The notes beneath the pieces are model-generated. The model was not told the DNA's origin and searched no databases. It was given only the letters and a program-made list of their open reading frames with translations. From a bacterium (GTDB taxonomy: Bacteria; Patescibacteriota; Patescibacteriia; 2-01-FULL-39-33), in NCBI GenBank assembly GCA_029558735.1, contig JAKQDP010000070.1:42700-106699 (forward strand): a DNA stretch of 64,000 nt. Reading direction: 5' to 3'. Positions 59,272 to 64,000 of this stretch are shown in pieces. Every line of letters begins with the position of its first letter. The first letter of the stretch is position 1. The translations under genes were made by a program, and so were the position numbers.

Positions 59272-59879
59272 TAAAATCTGGTTTGATGAGTTAAATAATC
59301 AAGAATAATCAAATTTTTTCCCTCTAATAAATCATACAAAAACCGATCCGTAACATCGCGGCGATACTGAAAATCTTTAGCAGTCAATACTGAATACCTG
59401 ATTTCTTGCCCCAATTCCCGCTCAAAAATCTTAATCAATTTTAGCAACCGATTGCGTTTAACCCGACCGACAATCAACAAATCCGCCGGTGCGTCAGTCC
59501 GACCGACAAAAACCCCCGACAACAGAAAAAAACTGATACTGCCCAGGGCTTCGACTTTTTTAATCAGTGATTGTTCCAAAATCAATTGGGCCTTAATCAG
59601 CAAGGCCCGTAATTCTTCGACGAAAACAAAATTATTGTTCAGTTTGTAATACTTTTTGTTGTCCTTGAGCTTCTTTTCCACTTCCTTTTCCAAATCCTTT
59701 TTAGTATGGGAAGTGATAATACCAATGGTTTCCAGGTTTTCCAATTCCCGCCGGACCGAATTAAGGTGGGCGCCCAAGCGTCGCGACAATTCCCGAACAA
59801 AAAAATAATCATCCGGGTTATTTAAAAACAACCTCAATAACAATACTCTGGTTTTAGATCCAAAGAGACGCTCTAACAT
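59271..59879 (-). CDS. Winged-HTH protein with C-terminal nucleotidyltransferase-like domain
   Basis: LFGSKTRV..FFVRELSR..NSVRRELENL HTH; SGVF...ADLLIVG...EIRY. Confidence 0.75.
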   Translation of the reverse strand: MLERLFGSKTRVLLLRLFLNNPDDYFFVRELSRRLGAHLNSVRRELENLETIGIITSHTKKDLEKEVEKKLKDNKKYYKLNNNFVFVEELRALLIKAQLILEQSLIKKVEALGSISFFLLSGVFVGRTDAPADLLIVGRVKRNRLLKLIKIFERELGQEIRYSVLTAKDFQYRRDVTDRFLYDLLEGKNLIILDYLTHQTRF

Positions 59880-59966
59880 CTGATTTGACTATTTACTGGT
59901 TACTAATAAATATTGTATAATATTAGGAGCAAACTGTAAACCATCCCCAACTATAATTAATCGGAT

Positions 59967-62174
59967 ATGGAAGAACTGATTATAAAAATAAGCCAATTAA
60001 GCATTGAAAACAACCAAGCCGTGGCTGGGGATGTTTTTATTGCCGAAACAAAAAAAGAGTTGCGAACCAAATTGGGTACTATTTTTGGTCTAATTGAAAT
60101 TTTTAACCTGCCACCGGAATTTTGTGACAAATTTTTTGAAATTATAAATAATCTGCAAACTGAATATTATCTTCCGCCGTTTGACAGCGAGCTTGGTCCG
60201 GAAAAAAGATTTGAAGAATGCCTCCAACGAGCCAACCGCCGGATTAGCAAAATCATCCAGGAAACCAGCTATGATATCAAACTGGAAAACATTAATGCCC
60301 TCGTCGGATTAATGGTTAAGAATAAGATTCATTTAAGCCAAATCGGCCAACTTAACGCTTTTTTGTTTCACCGTAAAAAAAGATATGAAAATTTGATTAT
60401 TGACATTTTTGGCCAAGCCAGCGACAAGAAAGGCAAAATCAATCCTGATAAGATGTTTTCCAATATTATCAGCGGCGTGATCAGCCAGAAGGACGACCTG
60501 TTTTTTTCCAATGATGCCGTTTTTGAATACTTGTCCCAAAACCAACTGATGGAACTAATCAATGAAAACATCTCACCCATCCCCGCCCAGCAAATCAAAA
60601 AAATCTTGGAACAACAAGGGGGTAATGACAATTTTTATTCCATTATCTTCCAAACCGACAAACAAGCCGAACCAGCGGTGGCCATGGCGCCTCCCGTTTC
60701 AGCACCAAACAGAGTGGCCTCAGCGACCAATCGATCCGGCGACGGTTCGATTAAAAAACTGCTCGACACTCAAACGTCCACCGAACAGTACCTAATGCCG
60801 TCGACTATACCCAACTGGAAAAAAGTTATAATTATGTCGTACCAAATAATCAGCAAAGCCGTCACCTATTTGGCCGGTAATTTATTTCGACTGCTAAACG
60901 CCGGCCTAAAAATCAGCTGGCGCCGATTAAAGGGGTTTAACCGAAAAAACCGATCCGCCAACAACCAAAACAATAATCACCACCAATTGACGGCGACCGA
61001 TCGCCAAGATAACGCCGTTTATACTCCGGGCGCCAAACCGAGTCAAAAGATCAGTAATTTTATCAATCGTCAAATCGCCAAATTCATCCACCTGAAAAAA
61101 TTCCAACAACTACTGCTGATTATTGCCTTTATTTTAATTTTCTTTTTTAGTCAAAGCATTGTCTGGCAAGGCCAATTGGCCGGTTCTTCCGCTGGTATTA
61201 ATATTGACGATTTAGTCAAACAAATCGAAGAGCAAATCAATAGCGCCGAAGCCTTAAATATTTTTAACGATGAATCGGGCGCCAAAGACAAGCTTCGCCA
61301 GGCAGAAGAATTACTGGCTCAAATTCCGGAAAAAAAGAAATATGAACAGACTCGCCTCGACTTGAACCAAAAAATAGACGACTTGAAACAAAAACTGGAT
61401 CGCCTGATTTACCTTAATGACCCTAAAGTGGTGGCCGATCTCAATGACAAAAATCCCACTGCCGCCGCTGTCGGACTGGCTAAAACCGGCCGCTTGCTAT
61501 TTACCTTTGACAACAATAATCATCAGCTCTACCGAGTCGATCTGGAGCAACAACAATTGGCCGAATTTAATTTTGATCTGGGAACAATACAAAAAATCAA
61601 ACCCTTGACCGACCAAGAAATAATTCTCTTAACTGACCAGGGTGATTTCTATCGTTATAACGCCAACGACGCCGCCGCTCCGGTTAAGGTTTTAAGTTTG
61701 GCGGGATTAAAAGATTTTGATGTTTATGGCGGAAAAATTTACACTCTGAAAGACAACCGCCTTTTAAGGCATTTACCAGTTGACAGCAAATTTAATTCCG
61801 GCAGCAACTGGCTCAAGGCGGGCGCCAGCGCCGACCAAGCGCAAACGATCGCTATTGACGGGGGAATTTTCACCTTTAATAGCGATGACAGCGTCAATTA
61901 TTTTGAGAATGGTCAATCAACCAACAAATTTACTCCCCCGATCAAAGGCCAATTTTCTCCGGACCAAGCTTATACCAAGGCCGATTCCAATTATCTGTAT
62001 CTGCTTGACAAAAACAATAACAAGCTAGTGGTTTTGACCAAGCAAGGCGAGTTGAAGATTCAGTATACGTCCAAACAATTCTCCAATACTCAAGCGATGG
62101 CCATTGATGAGCCGGCTAAAAAAATTTACTTGCTCAGCAACAATAAAATCTACGAGATAACAATGGATTTTTAA
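59967..62174 (+). CDS. Hypothetical bitopic protein (PP2C-like N domain, TM, beta-propeller-like C domain)
   Basis: 735-aa ORF; TM LLLIIAFILIFFFSQ; repeated YxL/D strand motifs (YLYLLDKNNNKLVV, KKIYLLS). Confidence 0.75.
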   Translation: MEELIIKISQLSIENNQAVAGDVFIAETKKELRTKLGTIFGLIEIFNLPPEFCDKFFEIINNLQTEYYLPPFDSELGPEKRFEECLQRANRRISKIIQETSYDIKLENINALVGLMVKNKIHLSQIGQLNAFLFHRKKRYENLIIDIFGQASDKKGKINPDKMFSNIISGVISQKDDLFFSNDAVFEYLSQNQLMELINENISPIPAQQIKKILEQQGGNDNFYSIIFQTDKQAEPAVAMAPPVSAPNRVASATNRSGDGSIKKLLDTQTSTEQYLMPSTIPNWKKVIIMSYQIISKAVTYLAGNLFRLLNAGLKISWRRLKGFNRKNRSANNQNNNHHQLTATDRQDNAVYTPGAKPSQKISNFINRQIAKFIHLKKFQQLLLIIAFILIFFFSQSIVWQGQLAGSSAGINIDDLVKQIEEQINSAEALNIFNDESGAKDKLRQAEELLAQIPEKKKYEQTRLDLNQKIDDLKQKLDRLIYLNDPKVVADLNDKNPTAAAVGLAKTGRLLFTFDNNNHQLYRVDLEQQQLAEFNFDLGTIQKIKPLTDQEIILLTDQGDFYRYNANDAAAPVKVLSLAGLKDFDVYGGKIYTLKDNRLLRHLPVDSKFNSGSNWLKAGASADQAQTIAIDGGIFTFNSDDSVNYFENGQSTNKFTPPIKGQFSPDQAYTKADSNYLYLLDKNNNKLVVLTKQGELKIQYTSKQFSNTQAMAIDEPAKKIYLLSNNKIYEITMDF

Positions 62175-62186
62175 ATCCGGAAACTT

Positions 62187-62216
62187 AAAGCACCCCCGAA
62201 TATTCGAGGGTGCTTT
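62187..62216. terminator. Bidirectional terminator
   Basis: AAAGCACCCCCGAA-TA-TTCGAGGGTGCTTT between convergent genes. Confidence 0.75.
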
Positions 62217-62233
62217 GATTGCTGAGCAATGCT

Positions 62234-62635
62234 TTACTTCAAAGTAACAGTGGCGCCGGCTTCTGTCAATTTTTTCTTAATCTGTTCCGCTTCTTCTTTT
62301 TTAACCGATTCCCGCACTATTTTGGGAGCGCCGTCCACCAAATCCTTGGCTTCCTTCAAGCCCAATTCAGTCACTTCTCTGACCGCTTTAATAACCGCGA
62401 TCTTATTAGCGCCAGCGGCCGTCAGTTCGATATCAAAACTGTCTTTTTCTTCAACCGCTTCCGCCGCGACCGGAGCAGCGGCAATGGCCGCAACCGGAGC
62501 AGCGGCAGAAACGCCAAATTTCTCCTCAAGCACTTTGACCAGTTCCGCCAAATCAATGACGCTCAACTGCTCAATTTGTTCCACCAAAGCCTTGAACTTT
62601 TCCGGAACCACTACTTCTTTTTTTTCTTCAGACAT
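62234..62635 (-). CDS. rplL: 50S ribosomal protein L7/L12
   Basis: [32 protein letters not shown]. Confidence 0.98.
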   Translation of the reverse strand: MSEEKKEVVVPEKFKALVEQIEQLSVIDLAELVKVLEEKFGVSAAAPVAAIAAAPVAAEAVEEKDSFDIELTAAGANKIAVIKAVREVTELGLKEAKDLVDGAPKIVRESVKKEEAEQIKKKLTEAGATVTLK

Positions 62636-62662
62636 AATATTATCAATTATTTATTATTTAAA

Positions 62663-63187
62663 TTACTGTTTTTTATCCTTCAGGGCGCTTAAGGCATAAA
62701 CCAGTCCCCTAATATTGCCTTGCAGCACATTGACCAAGCCGGACATTGGCGCGGCAAGACTGCCAACCAGTTTAGCCAATAATTCTTCCTTGGCAGGCAA
62801 AACCGATAGTGCTTTGACCTTGGCCTCATCAATCAGGCCGTTCTCCAAAATACCGCCCAAAATCTTCATATTATCGTGGCTCTTGGCAAACTCACTGACC
62901 AATTTGGCCGGGGCCACCTCATCTTCATAACCAAAAACCGTGGCTATCTCACCCTCAAATTGCCGGCTGTCATCTTGGACTAATCCTTTTTCTGTTAATG
63001 TTTTTTTAAGCAAGGTTTTTTTGGTTACCAAATATTCAGCGCCCGCTTCTTTGCACTTTTGGCGCAATTGATCTATTTCTTTGACCGGAATGCCGGAAAA
63101 ATTGACAAACACCGAGGCTTTGCTTTTTTCAAGGCCTTGGCCGAATTTATCCAGCATATTTTTTTTCTGCTGTTTTGTTTTCGCCAT
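62663..63187 (-). CDS. rplJ: 50S ribosomal protein L10
   Basis: MAKTKQQK, VTKKTL, GGILE, LPAKEEL; upstream of rplL. Confidence 0.96.
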   Translation of the reverse strand: MAKTKQQKKNMLDKFGQGLEKSKASVFVNFSGIPVKEIDQLRQKCKEAGAEYLVTKKTLLKKTLTEKGLVQDDSRQFEGEIATVFGYEDEVAPAKLVSEFAKSHDNMKILGGILENGLIDEAKVKALSVLPAKEELLAKLVGSLAAPMSGLVNVLQGNIRGLVYALSALKDKKQ

Positions 63188-63204
63188 ATTTTTATAAATA
63201 AATT

Positions 63205-63300
63205 AATAAAAAAATCCGCGTTGCCGCAGACGATAATCGCTTAATTTAAGCTTTTTTCCTCGGCAGGTCTTATTGACGACGCCTGCTGTCTGCGGAATTT
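63205..63300 (-). promoter_or_regulatory. L10 ribosomal protein leader RNA
   Basis: Minus strand CCGCAGACAGCAGG...CCTGCCGAGG signature; TTGACA-TATAAT-type promoter at ~63320-63347. Confidence 0.85.
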
Positions 63301-63407
63301 AATTTAGGTTGATGCGTTTATTATAGCAGACCGCGAAAAAATGTCAAATCTTAACCATAAAAAAGGCGGCAGCAGGAATAATTTTCCCGCTGCCGCAGTG
63401 AAACGAA

Positions 63408-64000
63408 TTAAATGCTACTAGCTGAGGCCGTGCCCAAGCCAATAGCCTCGATATTGAGGGAATACATTACGACTTGCCCGCCCAGGAGCAATTCGTAATT
63501 CCCGCCGACCAAAGCGACCTCCTCGCCGTTAAGCGTCAGGTCGATTTCGGCGGTATTGCCGCTCAAAATTCGGCTCTTTTTGGTGACTGAATCGTACACC
63601 TGGAAGACCGGATAGGCCAGAAAAGCATCCACTACCTCCAGGCTAAAATTAGCCCGAGAGGCAAAGCTACTGTTAAGGCAATCCGTGCCTGCCAAGGACA
63701 ACACTTCCGAGAAGCTATTGACCGGCAAGCCGCTGGCCAAGGCCTCAATTTCAAGGGCGAAGTTGGCCGGACTGTCGGTCGGCCACATCAGGGCCAAGCC
63801 AACACCGACCACGCTTTCATTGGCGCCGAGGCCAATGACGAATTGTGATTCGTCTGCCCCATTGGCATTGAACCGGCCTTCCAACAGGCCACTGCCATCG
63901 GTGTACTCAAAAGCAAACAGGGGTTTGCTATTGACATACAGCTGAGCAGTATTAGAGGTCACACTGCCGCCGGCGTTGGAAACGACGCAATAATAGCCGC
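63408..64000 (-). CDS. C-terminal part of an Ig-domain-containing surface protein (5' end outside the window)
   Basis: Frame is open to the window edge and reads GYYCVVSNAGGSVTSNTAQLYV, an I-set Ig F/G-strand motif. Confidence 0.7.
   Translation of the reverse strand, partial: GYYCVVSNAGGSVTSNTAQLYVNSKPLFAFEYTDGSGLLEGRFNANGADESQFVIGLGANESVVGVGLALMWPTDSPANFALEIEALASGLPVNSFSEVLSLAGTDCLNSSFASRANFSLEVVDAFLAYPVFQVYDSVTKKSRILSGNTAEIDLTLNGEEVALVGGNYELLLGGQVVMYSLNIEAIGLGTASASSI

Overview
AT-rich bacterial chromosome segment read with the standard code (TAA, TAG and TGA all act as stops). Gene content and style suggest a Patescibacteria/CPR (Parcubacteria-like) genome; this assignment is inference. 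Most genes are on the minus strand. From left to right: DUF4012 protein, three GT4 glycosyltransferases and a WcaJ-type sugar transferase; RNase P RNA; rnhA, recJ, lepA, murJ; ADP-forming acetate-CoA ligase, ppdK, PfkB kinase; a type IV pilus locus bracketed by a response regulator and a PAS kinase; truB, uvrC, a REP-associated Y1 transposase, uvrA, uvrB; tRNA-Val and tRNA-Ala; MazG, MgtE and thermonuclease genes; a TAG-split repeat protein; tRNA-Gln with a duplicated 3' element; dnaX; a VirD4/HerA-like ATPase; corA, dusB, cysS; the mraZ-rsmH-ftsL-ftsI-murF cluster; tsaB; rplJ-rplL with an L10 leader. The strongest unexplained signals are (i) an ORF-free, highly structured ~390-nt transcription unit with a perfect promoter, its own terminator and tandem loop-E hairpins (31525-31950), (ii) a leucine leader-peptide attenuator in front of an unknown gene (53116-53294), (iii) a 57-aa Cys-rich protein with two sliding-clamp-binding-like motifs lying antisense between uvrB and uvrA, and (iv) several stand-alone microprotein genes missed by the ORF track. 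All calls come from reading the sequence by eye; no database searches or folding programs were run.
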